The notes under the pieces were generated by a model, which saw only the letters and a program-made list of their open reading frames with translations, searched no databases and was not told where the DNA came from. Positions 1 through 12,753 of a DNA stretch of 64,000 nt are shown here, piece by piece. Source of the DNA: Octopus sinensis (Eukaryota); the NCBI RefSeq assembly GCF_006345805.1, contig NC_042999.1:114328001-114392000 (forward strand), given 5' to 3'. The position numbers and the translations under genes are program-made. Numbering within the stretch: position 1 is the stretch's first letter; each line of letters begins with the position of its first letter.

Positions 1-679
1 GAAGGGCATCTCGCTATTGAAAATCTGCTTCAACAAATTCTGTCTGATCCATGCAAGTGCGGAAAAGTAGACAGTAAATGAGTGATAATCTATTTTTAAG
101 GTGGTAAAGATGCCTGTGTGCTTTTTTCAAATGGATAAAAGCACAAAGTGACATTGGTAAACTCAGAATGTATATGGCAAGGCATTCATTCTATATGATG
201 GAAACCCCTATAATTCTATCAGGAGTTGACATCTATATCACCATCTTCATTCTTTTCCAACAAATGTATCTATGCATTCCCCTATAGCAAGGCACTTTCT
301 TTCCCTCTCTTATAAATTAACTTATCACCTGGTATAAAGCCAGCTCCCTTAGTTGAAGGCCTTGTCTTGCAAGTTATTTGGTGACCTCACTGGTGCCAGT
401 GCCAGATGAAAAACACCCAGTACACTCTGTAAAGTGGTTGGCATAAAGAAGGACATCCGGCCATAGAAACCAGGCCAAAGCAGATACTGGAACTTGGTGC
501 AGCCCTCTGGCTTGCCAGCTCTTGTTGAACCATCCAATCTATGTCAGCAGAGAAAATGGATGTTAAGTGGGGATGTGATAATGGTCATGTACAAGAGACC
601 TCTATCAGCTGGCAAATTTTGCACAAATCTTTTCAGGTACTGACAAAAGCTTCTCAATTGTCTTCCCACTTTCTTCCAA

Positions 680-930
680 GTCCAACACAATCAATGTTAG
701 CACCATGAAAAGGACCAGTGAGGTTATTGAAATGCTGAAGTGGAAGCATGTAGATGTGTGCTGAGTACAAGAGGTAAGGAGGAGGGAAGCTTCAGCTAGG
801 TTCCTGACATGAAAAAAAATAAAACACTGTTACAAATACTTTTGCGTAGGCATACTTTTGGCAAAAAAAATGGGTTGATAGAGTAATTGTGGCAATCAGT
901 GTGTGATAGAGTAGTTTAATCTTAGATAAA
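680..930 (+). mobile_element. Degraded RTE-type LINE AP-endonuclease fragment
   Basis: Translation TINVSTMKRTSEVIEMLKWKHVDVC*VQEVRWR matches the APE N-terminal N...QE motif; it contains stops and frameshifts. Confidence 0.65.
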
Positions 931-1727
931 TCAACAGTAAAAATAATGCCCTAATACATGTTAGGTCTAGCTCCTTCATTCATTCTGCTCAATCAAGTGT
1001 TCTCCACATCTCATTTCCCTAACACCCAGCCCTACATCACTCATCTATCAATGGCACTACTTGGCTGCTAAGACCACGATCGACACATATTACTCCCCTG
1101 CCCATTCCATGTGCTACCAATCACCCAACCTTGAACTACTGCCGTCCCCCGTTCTCATTATTCTTCCAGTTCTTCCCACACTATTTACACCTATCACCTC
1201 TTTTGCGGTTTCAGTTCTCTCTCTGCTACACTCCAATTTATATATCTGCTATCATTCTCAATGCTCTTCCATATCTGCCATCACCCCCACCCCACTTACT
1301 GTAGTGACCTTTATGTACTTCATCTCTCTCTCCACCACTCATACATCTTGCACATCATCTCCCTACATTCTGATCTAACCTCCTACCTGAGCCATTTCTA
1401 ACCTTTACTCCTGTTACCCTCTACATATTGGTATTTCCCATCTACCTCATCTCCACACTTATTCATTATTCACCTCTACCCCACCTCCACCATAACTAAC
1501 CATTTGTTACTCTTCCCCTCACACCCTACCAAAACTACTCCCACCCCTGATCCACTGTCTGTATCCACTTTTATGCTCACTTTGTAACTTGAGGGTTTGC
1601 TCTTGCACCCCACCCTACCATCTTTAACTTCTTTCCAGCTACTCCTATGATGATACACATAGACAAACACACACACACACGTATGAATACAAATGAATGC
1701 ATGACTGAAGAGGGCTAGAGTTTAGAT

Positions 1728-2015
1728 CAGTGGTTCCCAAACTTTTTCAGGCTGCTGCTCCCTTGATGCCCAAGCCACATTCCTTGACCACTTTTCTGCA
1801 GTAAATTCAAAACAAATGCATTTCACATATAAAACTTAACATAATAAATCCATTATTTTGGGTTTTCTTTTTAACATCTATTGCCCCCTTTTTGGCACCC
1901 CATTATTGCCCCACATATCTTTGGCACCCCATTATTGCCCCACATATCTTCAACACCCCCATGGATCTTTCCACCATCCCCATGAGGACAGTGCTGCCCA
2001 CTTTGGTAACCACCA
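1728..2015. mobile_element. hAT-type MITE
   Basis: TIRs cagtggttcccaaa / tttggtaaccacca, with an 8-bp TSD gtttagat at 1720-1727 and 2016-2023. Confidence 0.8.
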
Positions 2016-2155
2016 GTTTAGATCCTTCAACAGACACAGTGCTGTGCCTTTAGAAATAACGATAACTTGGTCGACAGCAACAGCATTAGTAAAGACCCAA
2101 CACTTGTTTCAAAAACAAAAGAAAAAGACGAAAACAAGATAAATGCCATACTTAC

Positions 2156-2231
2156 TGGTCACCAAACAACTGATGTGTCATATCAGGTCTGAAAGCAATG
2201 TCTTCATTTTCTACATCTTTTTTGCTTCGCA
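2156..2231 (-). CDS. HAT1: HAT1 exon 3 (76 bp): VRSKKDVENEDIAFRPDMTHQLFGD(Q/H); gene continues beyond the left edge
   Basis: Acceptor ctttttcttgattttag and donor gtaagt, in frame with exon 2. FRPDMTHQLFGD matches the HAT1 motif FxPExTHQxFGD (human FFPEYTHQLFGD). Confidence 0.95.
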
Positions 2232-3099
2232 CTAAAATCAAGAAAAAGACATCATAAATAGATATACCGGTTTCACTTCTTGGTATTTGTATGTGTGCCA
2301 CAGAAATTCTGCTGGAGTAAAAGTAAATGTATAAAGGAAATATAATGGAATAATTAAATAGTTGAATATAAAAGCGTCAATTCTCACTCCTGATATTAAC
2401 TTATTCTCTTTCTCATACACTTCTATGTTAATTGTGAACACAGGTATAGCTGTGTGGTAAGAGGTTTGCTTCTCGACCACTTGGTTTCAGGTTCAGTCTC
2501 ATTGTGTGGCACTTTGGACAAGTACTTCTACAACAGCTCTATGTCAATCAAAACCTTGTGAGTGGATTTGGACAACTCAAAAAAAAAAAATAATCCCTCA
2601 CCATATGTATGTATGTGTGTGTTTCCCTCCAATACTGCTCGACAGCCATTGTTGGTTTGTTTATGTCCCCTAACTTAATGGTTTGGCAAAAGAAGCAAAT
2701 AGAATAATTACCAAACTTAAAAAAGGATAAGTACTGGGGTTGATATGATTGACTAAAAAAAAAAAAAAGAAACAACTTCTTCATGTTAGTGCCTCAGCAT
2801 AGCCACAATCCAATGATGGCTGAAACAAGAATGAAGTGGCATGGTGCATCATATAGTTGAATAAAATGGATACAGACATAAGCTATACAGTACATTATTA
2901 CATTTTTTTTACACCCATTGCCCCCTTTATGGCACCCCATTATTGCCCATGGGCATATACCATAGTGGTTAAGAACACGGGCTACTAACTCCAAGATTCT
3001 GAGTTCAATTCCAGGCAATGCCTTGAATGAATAAATAAAAATAACATCATAAAATACATTGGGAATGAGAACCCAGGGTTGGGTTCAAAATCCCACCAG

Positions 3100-3145
3100 G
3101 ACACCTGATGAAGGCTGGAGAGTAAATCAGCCGAAATGTGGTAAA
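3100..3145 (+). ncRNA. Degenerate hammerhead-like motif in a repeat
   Basis: gacac-CTGATGA-a-ggctg-(10 nt loop)-cagcc-GAAA. Stem II is perfect, but the stem III/I partners are eroded, so it is probably inactive. Confidence 0.45.
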
Positions 3146-4485
3146 AACAAGCAAGATACGGACACATATCCATCCAATGCAAATAATGTACAGAATTCCT
3201 CATCTCTAAAATACAGAATAGTATAAGGTATACTGGCTAAGTAATAAATGGTGTACTTGGAAATGTTTTTCCAGATTTATCTATATGTTATATAAAAGTA
3301 AACAGAATCTATTAGTGTAGCTGTATAAATGAGTGACCTTCATATTATGAAGGTCAAATATGTATAAGATAGGGACAATTATTGCTTAGGTCAATGTAAA
3401 GGGAATTTTTAAAAAATCAGAGGAGACAGCCAGATATTATCTCATCATCATCATCATTTAGTATCTGCTTTTCATGCTGGCATGGGTGAGATGGTTTGAC
3501 TGGAGCTGGTAAGCTAGAGAGCTGCACCAGGCTCCAGACAGTTTTGGCTTGATTTCTATGGCTGGATGCCCTTCTTAATGCCAGGATACCTCATAATTAG
3601 AAAATGTGAACCCAGCAGTGGGAATTTATAAGGCTTAAGTTTTTTTTTTTGGCTTCTAAACTAAGATGTGATTGAAATGTTACTCTGGCTAGGGTGCTAG
3701 ACATTTATAGACCCTACATGGAGTTATGACATTTTTGCAAAGGGCATCGAAATACAGTAATTAAAGCTTTGGCAATCTGGCAAGTTCACATCCGCAAAAA
3801 CCTGTTTGACACAGGGTTAAGTATGAAATCAAACAGTTAAAAAGAGAAAATACAAGTTTTAGTGTAGTAGCTCTTAAAGGAGTTTCTATTAACATAGTCC
3901 ATAGTCTATAAACAGATTAGATATAATTATTAAATACATACAATATTTTAGATAATACACATACACACATTTTAATTCAAAGAAAGAAAAAGGTCACTGA
4001 ATAATCTTTATATATTATAACAATTATTTAGTGCATCCAGTCACCATGCTTATGAAAGCAATCAATGATGCAAAATGCAAGCACATAAAATACCTTTTTA
4101 GGTAAACTAAATGCTGCATGCAGTTACTTCCCTTCAATAACGTGCAGTTATTAAATTGTTTTCATATTTCCTAACAAAGAGTTGAAATAGCAATTAAATT
4201 ACCTTAGATTACACCTGTATTTCAGAGGGAAAGGACATAATGAAACATAGTTCTTGATATAGAAAAAAAAATCACACTCTGATAATATATCAACTTAGGG
4301 TTAAACAACAATAACCTAAATTCTCAGGACAGCAGAATATTCACTATGTATAAAATGGTCCAGAGGTAGAATACTTATCATACTGTGCCTCTGTGCTTAG
4401 GAATTTATTGAAAACACTGGAACATGTTTATTTAACAACATCAACAGCAGAAAAATTCAACAAATTTAGAAGAATTTATACTCAC

Positions 4486-4563
4486 CAAGCTTAAAATGAA
4501 TGACATCATTTGAACAGCATTTGTAAGCTTCAAGCTTATTTTTCATTAATCCTGATGGTGCAC
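4486..4563 (-). CDS. HAT1: HAT1 exon 2 (78 bp): (G)APSGLMKNKLEAYKCCSNDVIHFKL(V)
   Basis: Acceptor ttttctctttttaaag and donor gtgagt. The peptide KLEAYKCCSNDVIHFKLV matches the HAT1 N-terminus (human KLAEYKCNTNTAIELKLV). Confidence 0.92.
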
Positions 4564-6174
4564 CTTTAAAAAGAGAAAAATGTTATAACAGACAAGTTAT
4601 TCATTACATGCAATCAATATCAGCAGAATGATGGATGAAATACCTGGATTACTAACAATTCTGCCAGCTTGCCATCTTAAATAACTATAACGATAATAAT
4701 AATAATAATCATCATCCTTTCTACTAAAGGCACAAGGCCTGAAATTGTTTGGGGAGGGGACTAGATGATTACATCAACCTCAGTGTTTCACTGGTACTTA
4801 ATTTATCGACCCTGAAAGGATGAAAGGTAAAGGTGACCGTGGCAGAATTTGAACTCAGAATGTAGCAATGGGCAAAATACTGCTAAGCATTTCATCCAGC
4901 GTGCTAATGATTCTGCCATCTTGCTACCTTAATAGTAATAATAAGAAAAACTAAAGGCATATTGGATTATTTGGTTCATGAAAAAATATTGGGATGGTTA
5001 CAACTGCACCATCTTAAATCATGTACTGCAAGGGGGACCCAAACTGGTGCTCAAAAACAGCTAATTCTAAATTGGATTATTTGGTAAATGAGTAATAAAT
5101 TAATGAGTTTGCTAAATCACAGCAGATTGTGACTGATTGTATGCAATCAGATTTAATGATTTACTAATTATGGCACCTGTACTGAGTTGCAAGATGGAAC
5201 TAAATTTTCAGACTTTTGGTAAAATAATTAGTAATATACTTGGACTTCAATAGACAACACACTCACTCCAACAGAAATTGAACAAATAATCATTCTCTTC
5301 TTCATTAATTAAAGGCATAAAGTCTGTATTGTGATAATTTGATTTACTGACCAATACAGCAGTCCACAACCACTTTTTGCACCACAGACTGGGAGACCAA
5401 GAACAACAAAACAATGAAGTATATCATCATCATCATTTAATATCTGTTTTCATGCTGGCAAGGCTAGGGGCTGCACCAAGTTCCATTATCTGGTTTGGAT
5501 GGGTTTCTACATAAGGATGCCCTTCCTAAAGTCAACTACTTTACAAAGTGTCACTGAGTGCTTTTTATCTGGTACCATCATTAGTGCTTGTCACATGGCA
5601 CCAACGCCTGTGTTTTTTACATGACATTAGCACCTGTCCTTTTTACAAGGCACCAGCACCAGTACTATTTATGCAGTACCATTGACAGATACTGGTGTCA
5701 TGCAAATGGCACCTGTGCCAGTGGCATGTAAACGCACCCATTACACTCTCAGAGTAGTTGGTGTTAGGAAGGACATCCAACTATAGTAACCATGCAAAAT
5801 CAGACAGGAGCCTGGTGCAGCCTTCCAGCTTGCCAGCCCTGCTCAAACTGTCCAACCTATGCCAGCATGGACAACGGAAGTTAAATGATGATGACTATGA
5901 TGAGTATTAGTGCTTTTTATGTGGCACTTTGGTCTTAAGATATCATATGTAATTTAATTATCACATTCATAAAGCAAAATCATCTGCAGACAGTGATAGT
6001 CAATAAAATCTGAAAATTTATTCTTTATGTGTGGCATAGTGATTGGGGTCCTCTGGACTAATAAATGGAAAGATATTGTGTACTACATAGGTTATAGACA
6101 AGCTGTATAATTAAAACTATCATGTTTGCATATAAATTACTCAATTTCATGAGTCCTTATAATAGTTTTTAAAG

Positions 6175-7488
6175 GGAAATTAAGTTTTTGCTTATTTGTT
6201 GTGTAAGAGGTGCAGCAATATCAAAGGAAGGCTAACTGGGAAGATAGTTTTTGTATGTAGCAGATGCTCAGGAGCAATAAACACTGAAAATGTGCAGAGA
6301 ACAACTTCTGCCACATTCTAGGGAGAGAAACTAGAAGTAGTTGGTAGCTTCCATTACCTAGGTGACCAAGTCAGTAGCAGGGGTGGGTGTAATGAAAGTA
6401 TAGCTGCTAGAATAAGAATAGCCTGGCCAAAGTTCAGAGAGCTCTTACCTCTGCTGGTGACAAAGAGCTTCTCACTTAGAGTAAAAGGTAGACTGTATGA
6501 CACGTGTATGAACAGCCATGATACAGGGCAGTGAAACATGGGTCGTGACTGCTGAGGACATGCGTAAGCTCGCAAGGAATGAAGCCAGTATTTTCCGATG
6601 GATATGTAATGTCAGTGTGCATACTTGATGGAGTGTAAGTACCTTGAGAGAAAAGTTGGACCTAAGAAGCATCAGATGTGGTGTGCAAGAGAGATGACTG
6701 CATTGGTATGGCCATGTGGCGAGAATGGATGAGGATAGCTGTGTGAAAAAGAGCCACACCCTAGTGGTTGAGGGAACCTGTAGAAGAGGTAGACCTAGGA
6801 AGAACTGGGATGAGGTGGTAAAGTATGACTTTCGAACATTAGGCCTCACTGAGGCAATGACTAGTGACCAAGACCTTTGGAAATATGCTGTGCTTGAGAA
6901 GACCCGGCAAGCCAAGTGAGACCATAACCCGTGGCCTATGCCAGGTGTGTAACCAGCCCACCTATGCGTACCTTGGACACTAAACTGCTTGTGAAGAGGC
7001 AAGTGAAATCAAAATCAAATTCAATGACTGGCATCCGTGCTAGTGGAGCGCTAAGAGCACCATTTGAGTGTGATCATTGCCAGAGCAGCTGACTGGCTTC
7101 TGTGCCGGTGGCACATAAAAAGCACCATTTGAGCTTGATTGTTACCAGCATCACCCTACTGGCACTTGTGCTGGTGGCACTTGAAAAAATATTCAAGAGA
7201 GGTTGTTGCCAGTGCCACTAGACTGGCTCCTGTGCAAGTGGCACATAAAAAGCACCATTTGAGTGTGGCCGTTGCCAGTACTGCCTGACTGGCCCTCATG
7301 CCGGTGGCATGTAAAAGCACCCACTACACTCTTGGAGTGGTTAGCATTAGGACATGGCATCCAGCTGTAGAAACTCTGCCAGATCAGATTGGAGCCTGAT
7401 GCAGCCATCTGGTTCGCCAGTCCTAAGTCAAATCGTCCAACCCATGCCAGCATGGAAAGTGGACGTTAAACAATGAAGATGATGATGT
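6175..7488 (+). mobile_element. 5'-truncated RTE LINE: RT C-terminal pseudogene plus 3' UTR with internal tandem repeats and a (gat)n tail
   Basis: Translates EVVGSFHYLGD...ARIRIAW...LHWYGHVARM...GRPRKNW, with in-frame stops. The same 3' tail recurs at about 350-580, 5690-5900 and 11750-11920, and inverted at 3440-3585 and 15600-15765. Confidence 0.85.
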
Positions 7489-7547
7489 GATAGAATTGGT
7501 TAAATAGGATAGCAGTATGAGGTTTTATTATGGGCCCTGTCGCGTAA

Positions 7548-7767
7548 CCCATTAGCATTTAAACCAGCCATATTAGGCTCGAATGTTTTACCTGTTTTGT
7601 GTTCAAACCGACCAGATCTCGTCTCTCACACTTACCCAACAATATTGTTCTAAAAATAAGCACTCACATCGTCAAAATCTCAAAGCTACAAGATAATGCA
7701 TGATTAATTCAAAATAATGTGAATTTATAAGCATTACATTTAACAGAGTAATCTGAATGCTAAAGAG
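7548..7767. mobile_element. piggyBac-type MITE (partial second copy at about 10365-10545)
   Basis: Termini cccattagcatt / aatgctaaagag, flanked by (g)taa and ttaa. Confidence 0.6.
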
Positions 7768-8221
7768 TTAAGATATTCTCCGATTGTGATGATAATCACT
7801 ACCAGTAGAATTATGTGAAATCACAAGAGTCCTATACAAATGTATACTCTAACCAAAGTGGATGAAACAATTTCTTCAACAACTGTGAAATACATGCTAC
7901 AGTCAGATACTGTTTCTCTGGTGTTAGGAAGGGTATCCAGCTGTAGAAACCATGTCAACACAGACAATTAGAACCTGGGCAGCTCTTAATGAATGCAGTA
8001 GTTAGATTCAGTCAAGTTAATTTTAGCCTTTCTACAGGTAACAGGTGATGCAAAGGTTAGTGAAATAAATTGGCTTGCAATGTTTAATTTTGAACATGTT
8101 CATGAGTTCAAATCAACTGAACTGATCTGCTTTTTATTTCTCTGTGGGTACTCAAAACAGTCATCGTCATCATCATCATTTAATGTTTGTTTTTCATGCT
8201 GGCACAGGTTGGATGGTTTAA

Positions 8222-8428
8222 TCCTTTTGTTACCAACCTGGTTGAAACCGGCTCTGGTTCTGTATTACAAATGTCTTGTTTTCATAAGTTTTTAATTAAA
8301 ATCTCCCACAATTTATGTTCCTAACACTAGCTGAATGACAACTAAGTTATTTTACTAAATTCTTTGTTATATTTTAAGTAATTGAAAGAAATACAGAGCA
8401 TCTCAAAATAAATACAGTAACAAAAGGG
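8222..8428. mobile_element. piggyBac-type MITE inserted into an RTE-tail repeat
   Basis: TTAA at 8218-8221 and 8429-8432; TIR tccttttgttac / gtaacaaaaggg. Confidence 0.7.
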
Positions 8429-9104
8429 TTAATAGGATCTTTCAAGCTGCAAAACTGCATCAGGCCCCAATGTCAGCTTTGGTATGGTTTCTGCAGTTGG
8501 ATGTTCTTTCTAACAGTAGTACTGATGGAATGCTGAGGCCAAGCCTTGTAGATTAACAAGGAAATGAGCAATTAACTCCAAGGTCAATAACCCAAACTGC
8601 ACAACTACAGATGTTATTTTGTTTCACAGGGAATAATGATGTTAGCTTGAGTTGGCCTGGCTGACAGTAGGTCAAGCTTATAAAGTTTGTGCTTTTGTCC
8701 TTGTATACAAAAACAATTTCACCTATGCCAGTATAAAACAATGAATGTAAAACTGCATATTATTAAGTTATATTTTTGCATTAGTCACACAATACTCATA
8801 TTAGCTGTGCTGGTACACCAAACCAAATACTGATTTCAAATTTTGGTACAAGGCCAGCAATTTCAAGGGAGGCGGTAAGTTGATTACATCAACTACAGTG
8901 CTTAACTGGTACTTATTTTATCAGGCCCAAAAGAATGAAAGACAAAGTTGACCTTGATGGAATTTCAATGCAGATATCATAAAGACAGATGAAATGCTGC
9001 TAAGCATTTTGCATGGCGTGCTAACGATTCTGCTGGCTTGCTGCTCTACAAAGATGCAAATATTAAAATGACGTCAACTGTGAATGATGAATACCTGTTA
9101 TCAA

Positions 9105-9878
9105 ATGTGGTGTGGCTGTGTGGTAAAAAGTTTGCTTCTGGGTCCAGTCCCACTGTGTGACACCTTGGGCAAGTGTCTTACACTAAAGACTTGGTCTGAC
9201 CAAAGGCCTTGTGAGTGGATTAGGTAGATGGAAACTAAAAGAAGCCTGTCGTATATATTCTTTTATTTGTTTCAGTCAGTTGACTGCGGCTATGCTGGAG
9301 CACTGCCTTTAGTTGAACAAATTGACCCTAGGACTTTTTCTTTGTAAGCCTAGTACTTATTCTATCGGTCTCTATTGCTGAACCGCTAAAATACAGGGAT
9401 GTAAACACACCAACATCAGTTGTCAAGCAATGATGGGGTGGGGTGGGGGAACATATACATACACACATATATATATATATACAACGGGCTTCTTTCAGTT
9501 TCCGTCTACCAAAACCCACCCACAAGGCTTTGGTCAGCCTAAGGCTATAGAAGAAGACACTTGCCCAAGGTGCCATGCAGCAGGACTGAACCCGGAACCA
9601 TGTGGTTGGTAAGCAAGCTACTTACCACACCTGCGCCTATATATATGTGTGTGTGTCTGTGTTTGTCCCTGACCATTGCTTGACAACTGGTGTTGGTGTG
9701 TTTATGTACCTGTAACTTAGTGGTTCAGCAAAATACTGACAGAATAAGTGTCAGGCTTAGAGAGAAAAGAAAGTAAAAAGTACTGGAATCGATTCATTTC
9801 ACTAAAAATTTCCCAAGGTGGTGGCCCAGCATGGCCACAGTCTCATGACTGAAACAAGTAAAAAAAAAAAAAAAAAAA
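9105..9878 (+). mobile_element. tRNA-derived CORE-like SINE with an antisense copy of the same family (9258-9638) nested in its internal microsatellite
   Basis: Head ggtgtggctgtgtggtaa...ccttgggcaagtgtc, body and tail gactgaaacaagtaaaa, interrupted at the (TA)n by a reverse-complement copy. Confidence 0.8.
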
Positions 9879-10540
9879 GCTAATGCAATACATAGTCAAC
9901 TGCTTGACTTTTTAAGATCTGAGATTACTATAAATAAATAAAAAGTCTTTTTCTCAGAAAAAAACCTGATACCTATTCAAGCCCTGGTATGGCTGTGTGT
10001 GTAAAATGTTTGCTTTGCAACCAACTGGCTTTGGGTTCAGTCTTACTGCAAGGTACCTTGGGCAAATGTCTTCTGCTATAGCCCAGGACATATCAATGGT
10101 TTATGGGTGAATTTGACAGATGGAAACTGTATCAAAGTGACTTTTGTTTACACCCCCACCCATAACTTAGAAGTTTGACAAAAGGAGGATGACAGCTTAA
10201 GTACCAGTCTCCAAACAAATGAAATAAAAACATATCAACCCAACTCTTCATAATACTCTAGTATGGTAGTCTAATGATTGACACAAGCAAAACCCACACA
10301 TACAAGTGGATGAATAAATGAAATGAAGTAGCATTCAACACATTTAATTAGAATTTAATATTTAACCCTTTAGTACTTAAACTGGCCATATTCGGCCAAA
10401 ATATTCTACTGGTTCTATGTTCAAGCTGGCCAGATCTAGCTTTTCACACCTACCTTGCAATGTCACTTTAAAAATAGACAACTACATCATCGATGTCTCA
10501 GAGCTACAAGATAATATAAGATTAATTCAAAACAAGGTTA

Positions 10541-11070
10541 ATAAGATGTTGATCCAGCTCCAGATTACTTGAAGCTTCATCGATGTAAAACATACCCACA
10601 TAATCAGATGTTTGGAGTTAGAGTGGGAAAAATTCAAAAGAATTTTTAAAATGGCTTCTGAGTGGGACTATTTAAGCCTCCATCAGGGACATGTGGGTGC
10701 TTTATTTAGTCAGAGACAAAAGTTCTTTCATGACATGTTCTAAGAGCAGACAAGATGTTGGCATCAGTTAACCTACTTTCTGTAGCAATGACATTTTAGC
10801 AACAACAGCAACCAGGTGGAGATGTAATCAGATTGATGGTGTCAGGTTACAGGATACACACTGATGCCAACATCCTGCTAGTTATATCATGTGGCCAGCT
10901 AACACATCCACCACCGTTAGCTGAACTGACCAATGGAAGTCTAAATATTTACATCTAGAAGCCATTTTAAGATTTCTTTTGAACTGTTTCCACTCTCATT
11001 CCAAGCATAATGTGGACATGTTCTGCACTTATGAATCTAAGCAATGTGAAAGCAAATCAACATGTCTTAT
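10541..11070. mobile_element. Foldback/MITE-like element with ~115-bp imperfect terminal inverted repeats
   Basis: 10541-10658 is an imperfect reverse complement of about 10957-11070 (e.g. agagtgggaaaaattcaaaagaa..aaaatggcttct). An inner IR gatgttggcatcagt / actgatgccaacatc is also present. Confidence 0.65.
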
Positions 11071-12683
11071 AACTATATCTTTTATCTTTTACTAGTTTCA
11101 GTCATTGACTGTGGCCATGCTGGGGCACTGCCTTGAAGAATTTTTAGTTGAATGTATTGACCCTATTTTTATAAACCTGGTGCTTATTCTATCGGTCTCT
11201 TTTGCTAAACTGCTAAGTTGCAGGGACATAAAAACAGCAGCACCAGTTGTCAAGCGGTGGTGGACAAACACACATATATACCATGGGCGTCTTTCAGTTT
11301 TCATCTACCAAATCCACTCATATGGCTGTGTTTGGCCTGAAGCTACAGCAGATGACATTTCCCCAAGGTGTCACGCAGTAGGACTGAACCTGGAACCATG
11401 TGGTTGTGAAGCAAGCTTCTCACCACACAGCTGCTGTTTCTCCTTATCTCTCAATCTTTTTTTTTTGTACTTGTGAACTTCCCTGCCCACTCACACTGTT
11501 CGATTTTTGTACCACTTCACTTACTATTCATCTCCCAAAACCTTGTGGGCCTGCCCTGGCGCATCTTCACCACTATCTATTTTTTCTCTTTTCCTCCACT
11601 GGGGTAGCCAGGTATCTCTGCCACATCAAGACACATGTTTCTGTCCCTCTATAATACTTTAACATCACCTGGCAGAGCTACTACCCTCAATACCACTCCC
11701 CACATCAGTTGAGGGCTGTTGTCATCCTAGTTACCTGGTGAGCTCATCAGTGATGGTGCCACGTAAAAAGGAAAGGAAAAAAAAACATCCAGTATACTCT
11801 GTTAAGTGGCCATAGAAACAAAGTTGATATTGAACTTGGTACAACCCTGTTGCTTGCCAGATCCTTTCAAACCGTCCAACCCATGCCGACATGGAAAACA
11901 GATGTTAAATGATCATGACTAGAGGCTAAAACTTCATATCCTATTACCCCAACCACACATACTTTATATATTGTGTGTTCAACCAGTATGCTGCAGTTTA
12001 GCATGGTGGGGACGACTCCCTCAAAGAGCTGGGTGTTAAAATACCTGAAAGTCAGAGACAGGCGAGACAACTCGTCCCTAATCCCATTCGAGAGTGATGG
12101 ATACTGATATTTTGCAATTTGTGTGGCTTAGCAACATCACGTACCTGAATTGAACTGGGAACGAGCTGAATCGCCAGTCTGTAACTATATAGAAACAGTG
12201 TAGAAACCATTTGCTGGAAAGCCACGATGATGTATACTTAAGATTAATTTCAATAATGAATTAAAAGCAGCGCTAATATTGTAAACATTATTGACTGCAC
12301 ATATTCAATGTATGTGTTTTGCTTGTTTACCAGTAAGCTGCGGGATAGCGAGATGGGGATGATTCCCTCAAAGAGCCGAGAGAGTCAGTCAGAGTCTGTC
12401 GTTTCAGTCTGATGGTGGTCTCTTCGTATCCCGAAAAGTTAAGTCCAACCTTACGTAACACTCAACTTAAGAATATTACTAAAACACCTTCTATCCTCAT
12501 TATTAACAAGACACGTTATTAGAGTTGGAGCAGTACGCGTACACATTCACAGACGGCTAGTTGTGTACTTAATAAATAACTGTAAGAGATTATACAGACG
12601 ACAGAATCTTCTTATTCAAAATATAAAATAAATCAATAACCATCAAAGAAAAATAAGTTAAAAAGAAACTAAAAATGCTCCAG

Positions 12684-12718
<35 letters not shown>

Positions 12719-12753
12719 TTATATATATTAGAAAGTTTGAAGGTGATGTACCC

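Noticed and set aside
1-2155. HAT1 exon 4
   Set aside because: No E.xFGY-like coding segment with splice sites was seen on the minus strand; it presumably lies left of the window.
7020-7330. Regularly spaced repeats (aaaagcaccatttgag) resembling a CRISPR array
   Set aside because: The spacers are mutually similar. These are tandem units in an RTE LINE 3' UTR in a eukaryote, and there are no cas genes.
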